Of a stretch of 64,000 bases of DNA, positions 12,349-25,524 are shown one piece after another. A program made the translations under genes and the position numbers. This DNA comes from Hydrolagus affinis (taxonomy: Eukaryota), in NCBI GenBank assembly GCA_012026655.1, contig JAAILG010001260.1:1-64000 (forward strand). Reading direction: 5' to 3'. The stretch's first letter is position 1, and the number at the start of each line of letters is the position of its first letter. The notes below the pieces were generated by a model that searched no databases, was not told the DNA's origin, and worked only from the letters and a program-made list of their open reading frames with translations.

Positions 12349-12664
12349 ACCAGTACTGGGGGAATGTTTCAGGTCTCGAAAAGAGAAAAGGAGTTTCTTT
12401 CTATTTCCTGAGGCACTGTGTATAGTCTATTCAGCCTGTAGAGGGCACACAAGACTCGAGCATCACTGGGCTCCAGCCCTGCTCTTCTGTAGGTGCTTGA
12501 CTATCATCGGTCACAAGTATAACTACATTGTTTTTAGATTGAAGTGGCAGGCGACAAAGTGGAGCCCGGCTTACACAATACTGTTACATCATTCGATGTC
12601 CCAGAACCAGCAGATCAGAAGGCTGTGAGTTAAAGCCGCCACATTGAGACTTGGAATCATCCAG

Positions 12665-12872
12665 GTGAGGCTCTGGAACTCACTCCCTTCGCCTCGCCCT
12701 CCTCCCTTTCAGGTCTCGGCTAATGACCTTTTCAACCGCGCTTTCGGTCACCTTCTTCCCCCTCCCAGTGGCTCGGCCCCGGGATCCGTTATCGGGAAGC
12801 GCTCTGAGACGCCGTCCGGCGTGGAGTGAGGGAGGGCGCTATATAAATCCAAGTTGTGGTTGTTGTAGTTGA
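12665..12872 (+). mobile_element. L2 LINE 3' end fragment
   Basis: RLWNSLP ORF2 C-terminal motif, then AGCGCT...GGCGCTATATAAAT and (GTT)n tail. Confidence 0.75.
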
Positions 12873-13699
12873 CATTGTCCAATTTGCCATCCTTCAGATG
12901 TGACGTTAAACCGAGGTTACCCCCCCCCACAAAAAAAATTGTCACTCACTCTCCAGCTCCATGGCTGTTTGTGGGATACTGCTGTGTGCAAACGGTTATC
13001 GCGTTTCACCCACAAGTATCTTGTGAAGCGCCTTGAGGCATCTCAACAATGGGATAAGGCCGAGATATAAAAAATGCAGGAATTATTATTATTACTATAA
13101 TAATAAATTAACTCTAATCACAGCTTAGGCCATGCACCCTATCAAGGTAAACAGACACAAGCTCTTCCATTGATACCCAAACACTCAACGAATCCTTAAA
13201 CCCTTGCCCTATACATTCCTACCTCATAAGATTTAAAAAAAATCCAAATTCCTTTTAAACATGTTTTGTCTGAAACTGGCGCAAATAGTATCGGATAAAA
13301 CGCAGAAAGCACCAGGAGAAAATAGGGGAAGGAAGGTTCAGTTTAACGAAATCATCTAAAGTTCTACAGTTAGCCGAGACACAGATCGTTCATTAAACAT
13401 CCCAAGGGCTAAAGTGTGGTGGACCATTTTCAAAGTATAAATAAATCAGATTTGTCAAACCTGCTGCCGGGTCCTCGGTCGCTGTTGTTGGACCAGCTGC
13501 TTCTCAATGTGAAGGAGCAACTGAGGTGACCCCCCCCATCTGGCATTCCCTACAATGCCCTCCCCCTTCACATCTAGTCGTGTTCACCCTGAGAGACTGA
13601 GAAACACACTGAGCATCACAGCTCCCAACTCGTGTTCACTCACTCCATGACAACAAATGATGGGGCAGAAAATCAACCACAATAAATATCCACAGGCAC

Positions 13700-13965
13700 T
13701 GCACTGTCAAGGGATCCCTACCCAAGCTGGTGGTTAGGATCAGGAGGTGGGAAGGGTGGGGAGGGCACGGGGTAGGAAATTGACCGAAGGCTCGGTTGAA
13801 GAGGAGGGTCTTGAGACAGATCTTGAAGGAAGCAAGAGAGGGGGCGAGGCAGAGGGACTGCGGGATGGAGTTCTAGAGGGTTAGGAGCAGAGTGGCTGAA
13901 GGCAGGACCCTCAATGGTGGGGGCGGGCAAGGCAAGGGGAAGTGAAGCAGGCCGGAGCCCGCTGA
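13700..13965 (-). mobile_element. L2 LINE ORF2 end/3'UTR fragment
   Basis: Minus frame PTIEGPAFSHSAP resembles the L2 GxRAFSxxAP motif; similar to 28030-28230 and 44745-44990. Confidence 0.75.
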
Positions 13966-15910
13966 GCAGAGTGTGTCAAATGCTACATCAACACAATATT
14001 CATGAGCAAAAATCCATCAACAAACATAAAACACATCCATATGGAACCTAACCCTAACCTTCTGTAATGTACACATCACATTTTTAACGAAGAACAATAG
14101 TGTTCGCTAAACATCTAGTCCCACCACCAGAAGCAGCTCTACTAATATTAACTGAACATTTTGAACTTTGCTTCCAATGTGGAAATATAGATCTAAACCG
14201 AGGTCTAAATGCAGAGGGTTTCCAGACACAGCCTGTTAAACCTTCCTGTTGAATCTCTTTGATCCCACTTTAAATCGATTGAACGTTAAAACCATTTACT
14301 CCAAACTTCAATACTGCGATTAACCAATTGCCTACTAAACAGGCTCTGGTATAGGTCAGCAGAGCCTCTAATCTCTTCGGATACAATACCTTGTGAAAAT
14401 CCGATCATTGGAGGGCGAGAACATTATATCGTGGCATGTCAAAGTCTTGTCAATATCACGAGCTTTATGGGTGAGCTTCCAGACAGTAACAAGACTGCAA
14501 GCCTTCAATCAGCCACTGTGTTTTCAAATCTTTCATTTAATAGCCCATTTAGAAGAAATGAAAAGGTTACCGCAGATCTCATTAACTCTAATCTTCCTCC
14601 CTTTATGTGTGGGTTTAAGATGCATGGATGTGCCATGGGGCAAACTCATCGCCATTTAAAGTAGCAAATCTACGTACAAATCATTTTAAAATTCACTTGG
14701 AGACCTCCCACAGCCAAAAAAACAGATTTGAAGCTGCCATATCCCACCACCGCCCTGTAACTAAACATCCCGCAATACAAGGAACAGAATAAGAAATTCA
14801 TTTTTCAATCAGTTATGAAAATATTGAAACACAGGCACTTGGCTAGATTTCAGGAATGAGACTGTGTGCTCATAGCTTTGACCCTCTCTCTTCTACCGCC
14901 AAGTCCTAATTGTCTGATAGTCATGGGGGGGTAGGGGGCGAGAGAGGGAGGAATGGGTGAAGAGCTGAGGTCAGCAACAGCCATGCATAAGCCATGTGAT
15001 CCTAAAGTTAACCCTGACTCTACAACAAAGCAACAATTTTTAATGACAGATGGTAGGTACTGGGAAAGGGTGGGGGATGGGGAGGAAAAAAAACTTATTA
15101 TGTTGTTTCTTAAAGAAACCTTAAGTCTGTACTTCTAAATGCCCTTTGTAACAGTCTGGTCTGCATACCGTTTCAAGGAACTGTAAATCTTTATAACTGA
15201 ATACAGTTGAGGAGAAAGTATTCTCTGATTTTTTTCGCAAGGTTTCTTTAAAAAAAACTTCAAATTGAATTTGGGACCGAATTCAGTTTTCAACCAGGGG
15301 CAGACAATGAGCCTGTATTTCCAGCAGTTGATTCACTTCCCTTGCCGACCGTACGGATTTTGGAGTGGAGCTGAACTCAAATGTACAGTGGTTCCTCTTT
15401 TGAATTCGGAACGAGTCACGGTGGAGATTTATGGTGGAGGCTATCGACCAGCAGAAACACCGTTTGACCAGCAGTTAACCCCCTGACGAGTGAAAGTTCT
15501 GGGAACGCGATCCCAACGCGAGCCTCATTAAACACATTCCATGGGAACTTTTCAACGCTCAAATGTCCGCAAAAATGTTCCGCACTAATGAAGCTACATG
15601 CGTTGGTGTAGCGAAAACACACCTCTTCTGTTTGCAGGCTTTACTGTTGACAGATAGTCACTAGCGAGCATTTAATGCGTTACCGTTTTGCTATTTCAAA
15701 GTTTCTCGTTGGTCTGTTGTTGACCAACAATGAACGATCGAGGGTACGTAACGATCCTCAGTGGAAATCGATATCAGCATTTCGCCCCCCTCCCCTCCAC
15801 CCCACCTCTCCCACAAGATTTTTTGTTTCAATAGATCGTTTGTACTTGGAAGTAGCAAATGTGTGTTTCATTCAATTAATTAAGCTCAGTCACACACCAG
15901 ACACTGGTTC

Positions 15911-15938
15911 GTTCATTCATTCATTCATTCATTCATTC
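15911..15938. repeat. (TTCA)n microsatellite
   Basis: Read directly. Confidence 0.9.
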
Positions 15939-16554
15939 CACTAGTTATCTTTGCATTTAGTATATCGCCTTATCACGTCTGCTAGACATCTAAAAGTGCC
16001 GCAAAGAATATACTGTAAAGTGAATTGGTGGTATATTTTGTGGGCGAAACCCGTCAGCCATTTGCCCACAGCAATGTCCGGCAAACAGTGGTGGATTAAG
16101 TGACCAAATTATTATTATTATTATTGTTGAAGGAAGAATACAGAAAGCAGCGAAATCATTAGGAAAGGGGAGAGAAGAAGGGAGAGAGAGAGAAAGCCCC
16201 CAAAAAATCGCAAGCCTTAAATCAGAAAGGGGGGAGCAGAGGAAAAACAAATACATTGTATGACCTTTGGCCTTTAAATATGTTCTAATTTATTGGAAGC
16301 CCAGTTAATTACGCTAAGGTCTGGGGGCAGGGACCTGAGAGCAGAGAGTCAGGGAATTACGGCAATTGTTAGTATTGGACATCCGATGATGTCACTTCTA
16401 ATAACAAGATTTCTCATAACTGCTCAAACTCCCATGGTAACCATTAGTAAATATTAAGGGGTAGATTGCTGCGCTCAGCAATCCTATTAGCTGAGAGAAC
16501 AGGAGCTGGTTCTTGGCAAGCGTCCACGTTCCCAAGAATGAGCTCAGCCGAGGT

Positions 16555-16656
16555 AGTTTGGGGACCTACTTGCTTTGCGACCGCCAGGAAGGTGGAAGGC
16601 GAACTAGATGGACCTCGGGTCTTTTTTTTTCGTCTAGCATTCCTCATGTTCTTACG
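16555..16656 (+). mobile_element. CR1-type LINE 3'UTR fragment (second family)
   Basis: CCAGGAAGGTGGAAGGCGAACTAGATGGACC...CTAGCATTCCTCATGTTCTTA recurs at 56019-56088 and on the minus strand near 61830-61860. Confidence 0.65.
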
Positions 16657-16709
16657 TCGAGCCAATTCAATTATAGCCTCGAGTTTATTATGAAGGTTCA
16701 AAATAATAA

Positions 16710-17117
16710 ATAAAATCTCCGCATATGGTGTACGCCTCTCACGTAAGCAGGATGTCTCAAAACGCTTTGCGCCATTTTACTGTCAAGACTTGTGTGCGAG
16801 TATCTCGGAGGCAGCCAATTTGCGCACGGCGATATACCACGAGCGGCCGTGAAGTGAACGAGCAGTATTTTATTTGGGGTTTTGGTTGGCCAGGACACTG
16901 AGAGAAACGCTTCCTACCCCCTAGAGTAGTGCCATGGGATCTTTTCCACTGAAACAGCCAGACAAAAACGATCGATTTAATGCTTCATTCGAAGGACGGC
17001 CCCTCACCTTCAGGACCGCCTTGGTACGTCAGTCTGTGAATTCAAAGTCCTGATGTGGAGTTTGAACCCACAAATTTTCTGACTCAGAGGCAAGCGTGAA
17101 GGCATCTGAGCCAGGCC
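16710..17117 (-). mobile_element. Older DeuSINE (SacSINE1-like), near full length
   Basis: Minus strand reads GCCTCTGAGTCAGAA...GTGGGTTCAAAC head, AAAAGATCCCATGGCACTA, GTGTCCTGGCCAA, GTGCGCAAATTGGCTGCC (Deu-domain motifs from recall). Confidence 0.75.
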
Positions 17118-17183
17118 AGCGGTTCAAATGGTGCCTTCCGTCAGAACACCATTCTATAAGTGAGGGATTCATCAAGACAGAGG

Positions 17184-17483
17184 AACATAAGAATTAGGAG
17201 TAGGAGTAGGTAATTCAGCCCCTTGAGCCTGCCCCACCATTCAATAAGATCATGTCTGATCTTCTAATCTAACTCCACCTGTGCCCTTATCCCTATGGAC
17301 CTTAATCCCTTTGTCCATATGAAATCTATCAATCTCAGTCTTGAATATGTTCAAGGACTGAGCATCTACAGCCTTTTGGGGGTAGAGAATTCCATAAATT
17401 CACTACCCTCTGAGTGAAGACGTTTTTACTCAACTCAGTGCGAAAAGGCTGACCCCTAATCTTACAACTATGACTCCCTAGTT
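17184..17483 (-). mobile_element. CR1 LINE 3' end
   Basis: Minus translation FTQRVVNLWNSLP / KAVDAQSLNIFKTEIDRF (frameshifted), then 3'UTR ending TTCTTATGTT. Confidence 0.88.
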
Positions 17484-18059
17484 AAGGCAAAACCAAGCCC
17501 CTTAGTCCCTGAAAGTCAAAAGCTTCCAACCTCTTCTGAGAAGAATCAAGGAAGAGTAAATGAATTATTGCAGCAATTAAAATAGCTTTAAAGTGGGCAT
17601 AAGAATATATACTTATCGCAGAGCACGTCCCAGCGCGAGAGCACCACAGTGGGTTCAATTCCTCTCTGTTCTATTTGAGAGGGTTGTTCGCCTCCAAAGC
17701 TTTGACCTGTACAGACAGCAAGTGGGGCCAAACAATTTGCTTGTCTCACCCAGGGAGGGAAGTGGAGCCATTGCATTTGGCCTTCAATGACCCTGGGGGC
17801 AGAAATGGAGAGTAAAGGACACACACAAACACGCGCATCCACACACACAATGTACGTCAGAACAGCTGAGGATAGACAGAAAAAAGGAAGGAAGAAAGGA
17901 AAGAGACCTAAAGTGGCTATTGTCAGGTGTTTGGCATGATGGCTCTAGAATTAGTCATTGAGAAATGCCTTTGAACGTTCTGCACTGTATCCTCCCTCCC
18001 TCCAGAGAGAGAGAGAGAGAGGAGCTGCATGTTTGTTGGTATGTATTTTAATGCCAGTC

Positions 18060-18330
18060 TGTCTCAACTGGTAGGATTGTTGTCTCAGAGTCAAAACATT
18101 GTTGGTTCAAGTCCCGGATCAGTACTTCTGCCTCACAGTCACAGTTGATGCCAGACAACGGCTGGATTGGTAGAGGGGTGGGTACTTTGGATAAGACATT
18201 AAAGCAAGGTCCTGTCTTGACTGTTCAGGTGGACACTACAGACACTGTTGTACTATTCGAATAGTAGAGTAAAATTCTACAAAGCACTTTGAGTCTTCAT
18301 CCCGACATGGAAGTTGTTATATCCTCTTTC
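18060..18330 (+). mobile_element. Degenerate DeuSINE (SacSINE1-like)
   Basis: CTCAGAGTCAAA...GGTTCAAGTCCC head, CAGGTGGAC and ACTATTCGAA core motifs. Confidence 0.6.
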
Positions 18331-20629
18331 TTTTCCTCCTTATAGGAAAATAAATTGTTGGTGTATCATTGTGCTTAAGCATCCATCTCTCTTGCGCTCT
18401 CTCTCTCTCTCTCTCTCTCCCTCCCTCTCGCTCGCTCGTTGTCTCTCAAGTTCTGGGTGGAGGAGGGTTAAAACAAATAGTGTTCTGGGTCTTCTGTTTA
18501 CTTGAGCACTATGAAAACACTCGTGGTCATACATATGCTCCTGTAGGCTGCCAGGGAATCCTTCTTTGACCTTTGGAAGAGAAGTCCAGCTGTGCCAGTC
18601 AAGTAAAGATGTGGCAGATGAAAGCAGCAACCAGCAACTGACTAATGAGAGAATCATTTGTTTGTCGTGAGCAGAAACTAAATGATCACACCCCAAGTTC
18701 GCCTGATCAGCTTCACATCAGAGCAAATATCTCTGAGCAGGTTTCCAAAAATAATAATAATAAAAGTACAATGCCATAGTTCACCTTACACACTCAAAGC
18801 ATTAAAGAATTCTACATTTTCTATCTGCGAGGTTATAGATGAGACCAATGAGACTTCGCTTGCAAAGCGCTGAATTTTTTTTTTAAATGGGCAAGTAAAG
18901 AATTTTATTGGGGTGGGGGGGGGAAAATCTCAAATGTTGCAATAGGATTTGAATCCCGGAAATATATTGGTGTTGCGACAGAGAGAACGAGAGAGAGAAA
19001 GAGAGAGGGAGGGAGGCAGGGTGAGAGGGAGAGAGAAAGAGAGAGAGATAAAAGTCACAATTCAAATTTTTGGACATTGGTAAAGAAGCAGGCAGCTCAA
19101 CGTTTAAAAGAGATCGTGTTGCAACTTTAAATAATTCTCTTGTTGAAAAAGTAAACAGTGGGTTTTGGGTGACCTGCTCTACTGGGCTGAATAAACAGGG
19201 ACACAAGTAGATGGCACAGCTAACGACACGTTTAGAATAACCACACAGTTTTGTATCAGGAATCCCTCCAGCTGTTACACTTAGATCCCGACTGCATCTG
19301 CAACAGTCTGTTTGAGGATCACTTTTAATGACTAACAATAATTAATAATAATAATAAAGTAGTCACTCAATCCGTGGGTCACCGCTGTGAGCAATCGGCT
19401 GCCGTGTTACAGACAATCCACTTTACGGTATGTAATCTGCGAAGCACTTTGAGACGTCTCGAAGTTGCGATAAAGCTCTATGTCAAATGCTAGGATTATC
19501 ATGATCGCGTTGGTGTGGATGATGTGGAAATCTACTTCGGTGAAAGGGGGGAAAAAAGTAATTAGACACCTTGACGAGATGAAGGGAGAGAGACAATCGG
19601 AGGGAAAAGCCCGATTACTCGGTTGCTTTAACAATACAAAAGCAAACACTGTAAACGGTAAAAATGACTAACATACAACAATACAGCAAAATACCTGGGG
19701 CAGATGCATGTTTCTAAGGCGCACAAAACTTTCTATTCACCTGTTTCTGGGTGACAAAGTGGTTCTATGCGCAATTAATGACAACCGCGGTTGAGTTGTA
19801 TCTACGGGTGCAGAATTCTTATATGGTCAATAATAATCCTCGCATAGGAGGCAGCACCCTTCACGTCAGGCTACGCTCTAAGGTGTAGTGACTGTGTATT
19901 CTGTGAACGATCATTGGCAGCACAAATGTCCCACAAACAGCCACATGGCTCCTCTGATAATTGACAGCACTCCCTCCCTCCCCCACCACCCCACACCCCC
20001 ACCCAGCATTGCATTGGAGTAACAGCCCAGACTGTAGGAGTCTCATTCATACAGTCAGTGAAAGGGATCTGCAGGGAGTCAGCCATATTAATAACCGAGA
20101 GCAGTGACACTAGACGACCAGCTACAAATTCAGCAAATCTCAAGTCACTTTGAACTAGATTCGCTTCTGATCTAGCAAAACCTGTGTGACTGAAAGTACA
20201 GTACACTGGTGATTGATCTGAAAGGCATCACTAATAAGAGAACTTTGAAGTTGCATTCCCAACTGAAATCAATAGTGTCGGTCCCTCAGCTATCCAAACA
20301 TTGGACAAGCGTGCTGCTCAATCATCTAAATGCACCCGTCTCAGCAGCTAAATCAACCTAGTAAAAAAAAGGCAGACAGAAAGAATCTGAATTTTTATCT
20401 CGCTTCCCCTATGTGAAAACATCTCAAAGCACTTTACAGTAATTACTGTCAAATGGGGCAATTGTTTCGCAGGCAAACACAACGTAAAAATTTGGCTGCA
20501 TAGCAAAGGAGTCACAAAACAGTTCTTGAAGTGAATGACAAATTCTTTACCTGAAAGACTGTTGATCAGGATTACCCCCGTGTAATAACCCCCTAAACAG
20601 GTACAGATGGGTCTCAGCTTCCCCTTTAA

Positions 20630-20740
20630 ATACATCTGTGCTATTTGCCTCCACAACTCCTTGTGGTAGCGAGTCCCACATTCCCACTAACTCGCTGCGT
20701 AAGGAAATTTCTTTTAAACTTCCCTATTTGATCTTTTTGT
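20630..20740 (-). mobile_element. CR1 ORF2 C-terminal fragment
   Basis: Minus strand FLTQRVSGNVGLATT is a decayed FFTQRVV.MWNSLP region. Confidence 0.55.
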
Positions 20741-23700
20741 GACATGAGATGGAAGAGAGTGAAGAAGCGGGGATTTTATAACGAAAGGAATAAGAAAAAC
20801 TTTCAACAAGAAAGTGGGGGTGGTGGGGGGGAAAGCAAAGCCTTCAGAGCAAATTCTCTGTGCAAGCTGACGCCATTTAGCAAACTCCCCAAAACATCTT
20901 TCATTATCAAAATTAGAGATTAAATCGGGCCCTCATCCAGGTAACGTGGGATTGTTCCCCCCCCCACCCCCCACAAAATAAGTAAGTAAATGCTGCAGCA
21001 AAAACAAATTGTAAACAAGATTGCAATTTTCCATCTGGATTTGACGTCCCCCAAAAGAAAAATTTGGTTCAATTGCATCTAATGCACCTATCTTTTCAAT
21101 TCAAGGCAACTCATAGGCCATTTGAAGTTCCATTAAACTGCATCACCATAATTACAGTCAAGATCAATTTAAATTCTGCCGTTTACTCACACACACACAC
21201 GCGCAGTCACAAAAACACATAGCCCTCGAGAAACGTTCACTAGTCACTTGAGCGAGTAGCAACTTTGTCCTTGGAGATATTATCTATGTTTCTTTCTCCC
21301 TCTCTCTACTCCCCCAGGGTACTCTGACCCTCATTGTAAGCAGACTTCATGCAGTCTGCAAATTTCCAGGTAGTGTGTGTGTTTTTTTTGGGTCTCTCTC
21401 TCTCTGTCTCTCCCCCACCCTGTACTCAGAAACTGTAAAATGGTTTCAGATGGTTGCTATTTGCCAAACGACCTGATTAGTCGCAAAATATGTCTTGTTT
21501 CAACAAATCTCACTCACCTGAAAGTTTCAATTGCCGGCCATCTCGTGCGATCAAAGAGGAGATGTTATTGCAGCAAGGACCATCTGTTAAAGAGCAAATA
21601 GATGAAAATAGGAGACAAAAGAGCGATCAATTTGGGAGGAATGCTCCTTGATGCATGCGTGATGGAATGGCGAACAGTGACTTGGTCGTAGGGGGGAATG
21701 TATACAGAAAGGAGATTAGGATGGGTGGTGGTTCCCCTGGTAGAGTAATTAGGCCTGTTTTGCGCTGTGTAGTCTGCTGTTTGCACTGTGAGTCACCTTC
21801 AAATGACAGTGTCGACGCTTTGTGGTCACTCTTTTGCCCACAAAATCCACAGTCACTCCACAGTATATTTCTGCGAAGCGCTTTGAGAAGACTTGAAGAC
21901 ATGATAAGGAGCTATATAATAATAATAATAATAATCCTTGCATTTGATATAGAGCTTTTCATGTCTTCTAGACGTCTTCAATCAAATACAGGGATTATTA
22001 TTTTTAAGCAACATTTAGAATCGATGCCTGGCTTCTGTCCCATTTTGGGACCAGGGCTTTCTAACCTAGCCCCAGTTATTCCAGTAAAACAGCCTGCAGT
22101 AGAGCAGAGAGAAGAGATGATTCCAGCAACGCAGTGGCTGCCAGCACTATACAGTATTGTGGTGTTTTGCTCAGCGGCAAAAGTCCTATTGAATCAGGCA
22201 GGTTGACACTTGGCTACGGGACTTGTGTTCCATTTGGTGTGTCCTGTTAATGGCCTAATATTTAACACCTTCATTTTTTGGGGTCTGTTAATGGACTTCG
22301 GAAGTACTTGGGAAAGTTACTCATTTCCCTTCCCCGCAGATTGGTGGTGAACACTGTTCCTTGTACAAATACACACTCAGCACAGCTGAGAGCAATTCTC
22401 TGTGAAGCACTTTGAGATGTTTCGGGATTGTTATTATTTTTATTATTATCGTTGTCATCATGACCATTTTAAAAGGCGTAGGATTTCCTAGCATTTGCTG
22501 CCACTGCTACGCGAGTCATCGTTCAAACACAGTAAATAAATTAGTCATTATATTGGGATTTTCAGAAGCTTTAAATCAGTGAGTCAATCTTTGTTTGACC
22601 AGTAGTTTTTATAAAGCGGTTTAAGACTAGTCTAGGGGGTGCCCTTAAATAAGCACATATTTTCTTATGTGTAAATGTATCAGTTAAACGTTTCTAGGTT
22701 TTGGCTCAGAACCAATAAAACCGAGACACGCTCATTTAATGATCGCAACAGAAATGAGCTAAAGCGAAAGAGAGGAAAAAAAGCACTTCAAGCGCTATAA
22801 CATTTCATGGTTGCCTAGAGAGAGCAATTTTCCATCAAAGGTAGGGGACAGGCTTAAAAGTAAGTCTTAGAAGCATGTAATAGCGTTTTTATCATGTGTA
22901 CGGTTCTGCGTTTGCAAGCAGCAGCTCATAAAAATTCTTGGGAAAATTTATTGCAATTGAACTGAACTTTTTTCTTTCGGAATACAAGAGGTTTGAATCT
23001 GGCATTTGAGCACACCCAGCGTTCTGCATGTACCTCTCTGGTAACCAAATCATATATTTACAAGTCACCTTTTCATCAGAACTAATTCAAGCCAGATGTT
23101 CAGACTCCATGAGCGCCAGAGTCACCTCAGACCTCTCTCTCTCTCTCTTTCTCTCTCTCTGTCTCTCTCCCACCCACCCACCCCCCCCTTGCTCTTTCTA
23201 TCAGCTGAATTAGTCTCCGTTGATTTTCATCTCCTTACGTTATCAAGGAGTTGGTTTCATACTTAACTTGCACAATTATTCCCACTGAAGAGAATCAATG
23301 TTTGTATGTATAACTAAATCCCTCCCCACAAAAATTCCAATCGTGCATGAGACATCAAAAGTTAACCCATTCATACACTCCCGCGCCAAAAGATAGCCTG
23401 CTAGAGAGACAGAACAGTTAAACCCGTTGTACTTGGAAGATTTGGAACATGAAAGATGGCCTTGGAAATGGGTGTCTGTAAGAATCTTCGCGACGGAAAA
23501 TTCCGGGGAGCATTTTAGGACCACAATTTTCACCCCAATTAGTGGCTTGCAAGCGCAGAAATAGACGTGAATGACTTGGCTTTGAAAACGTAGGATGTAG
23601 AGTGACATTGAAAGCTCCCAAGTTAAAAGGCTACTTTCCCTTTGAGTGCCATTGCTTGGGGACTTAAATTAAAAATACTGTATTTATTAAAAACATTAAT

Positions 23701-23859
23701 TGCCATTGTCTTGTGTTTTACCCAATTATTGGATGGCCTGGCCTGGCTCAGTTGGTCAGAGGGTTGTGGATTTAAACTCCTTTACTCCTATACTTTCAGG
23801 ATTAAAGGGTTTCAACTATTGCACTGTTAAACTGGATGCTATACCAGGGAGAGAGAGGG

Positions 23860-24065
23860 GAGGTGACAATAGGTACTATCAAAGAGGAGGGTCTTCAGAT
23901 GCAGATATAGACGCCTTTAAGAGGAAGCCAGAAAAGCATATGAGGGAGAAGTGAATGGAAAGGCATCAGAGAGAGTTAGCAGTAAGTAGAGACTCTCCTG
24001 CTATGTGTGGAGTACAAACACTGGCTTGGATTAGTTGGGCCAATGACTAGCGACTGTGCTGTAAT
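23860..24065 (+). mobile_element. CR1 3' end, degenerate
   Basis: IDAFKRKPEKHMREK C-terminal motif, then TTGGGCCAATG...CTGTGCTGTAA 3'UTR. Confidence 0.65.
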
Positions 24066-24344
24066 AATAATCCATACATTTGATATGACATCTTATCACC
24101 TCTTCGAGACATTTCAAAGCATTTCACAGAATCTAGTGCAAGGTGAATTGTATTTTGGGGTGGGTGGTGGGGGGTGGTTAGGGAGATTATTGTTTATTAT
24201 GGGGTAAATTGACTGCCCTGTCTTTTACAAAGACACAACCATTGACTAAGAATATAAAAAAGACAAGTTTTAAAAGGAAAGGCGGGAGACCTAGCTGGAA
24301 ATGCGATGGCAATGTTGTGTGTTAATAATCTGTAACTTACCATT

Positions 24345-24660
24345 TTAGGCGGTGTTGGGAGCTGTCCATGTTAGAAGTTTTCCTGTACCCACCACTGAAA
24401 GGCAAATGGCACAGAGAAGGACTTGGTTATGAGATGGTTTGGAACGAAAACCAGAGGAGCGATGAGAAGTGGAAATAGGCAGCCAGTAAAGTAAGTAGAG
24501 GTGCCTCTGTACATTGGCAATGTCGGCTAAATAAACAGCCAAGAGGGAAATGGACAGAGCAACACTGCTAACTAAGGAAGGGTGAAGGGCAAAATACAAC
24601 GGATGCAAGACTCGACATGCAAAACTTGAAGTGAGAACCAGAAGGATTAGGCACCCACTC
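24345..24660 (-). mobile_element. L2 ORF2 fragment, degenerate
   Basis: Minus frame HLYLLYWLPI resembles the L2 L..LHWLP motif. Confidence 0.45.
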
Positions 24661-24715
24661 CCTCCTCACCCTCAAATCTAGCAGAAGCCAATCCATCCAA
24701 ACCCTGTATCACAAT

Positions 24716-25071
24716 GAGACTTGTAACTCAGTGGTTAGAACACTCGCCTTGCAAGCGAGAGACCTGAGATTGATGCCAGCAGGGCAAAATGTTACCTTAC
24801 TCCACACACCAGCAGTTTGCCCAGCAGTAGGTAGGAACCTTGTTTGCTAGTCGATTGGCAGATCACTTTTCCGCAGATAATAATCCCTAAAAAAAAAAAA
24901 TAATTTGGTCTCTCAATCCACGAATGTTTGTGGGGACGCTGCTATGCACAATTGGCTGCTGTGTTTCGCCCACAAAGTCAATTTAATTTACAGTATATTC
25001 TATGAAGTGCTTTGAGATGTCCAGTAGACGTGAAAAGCACTATATCAAATGCAAGAATGATATTATTATTA
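24716..25071 (+). mobile_element. tRNA-derived SINE, long/older variant
   Basis: Family head and tail plus an extra ~65-bp segment at 24810-24877. Confidence 0.85.
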
Positions 25072-25196
25072 GGATTAATCAAGTGAATCACCAATTTTGA
25101 TTTGTGGGGACGGATCAGTGGCTGGGACGCAGGGAAGGAGAAACTCCCTTCTCTATTCGAATAGTGACATGGATTTTTTGAAAGCAGCTACATGAA

Positions 25197-25524
25197 TCTC
25201 CTGTAGCTCAGTGGTTAGAGCACTCGCCTTACAAGCCTGAGACCTGTGTTCGAATCCAGGCAGGTCAGGGCGAAACCTTGGGCAAGTTTCCTAACTCAAC
25301 ACACTTAATAATAATCTCTCCAAAAAAAAAACACAATAATAAAAAAAATTGGTCATTTCAATCCACAACTGTTTGTGGGGGACGCTGCTGTGCGCAATTG
25401 GCTGCCGTGTTTCGTCCACAAATATATAGTCAATTCACTTTACAGTATATTCTGTGAAGCGCTTTGAGACATCGATAAGATGTGAAAACGCGCTGAATCA
25501 AATGCAAGGATTATTTGTTATTAT
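25197..25524 (+). mobile_element. tRNA-derived SINE, full length, nested in an older DeuSINE
   Basis: Near-consensus copy flanked by minus-strand Deu core (25100-25180) and head (25555-25630). Confidence 0.92.

Noticed and set aside
15383-15412. TACAGTGGTTCCTC resembling a Tigger/pogo terminal inverted repeat
   Set aside because: No partner inverted repeat found nearby
21655-22206. Longest ORF (183 aa)
   Set aside because: Runs through SINE tails (poly-Ile from AAT repeats) and has no recognisable domain
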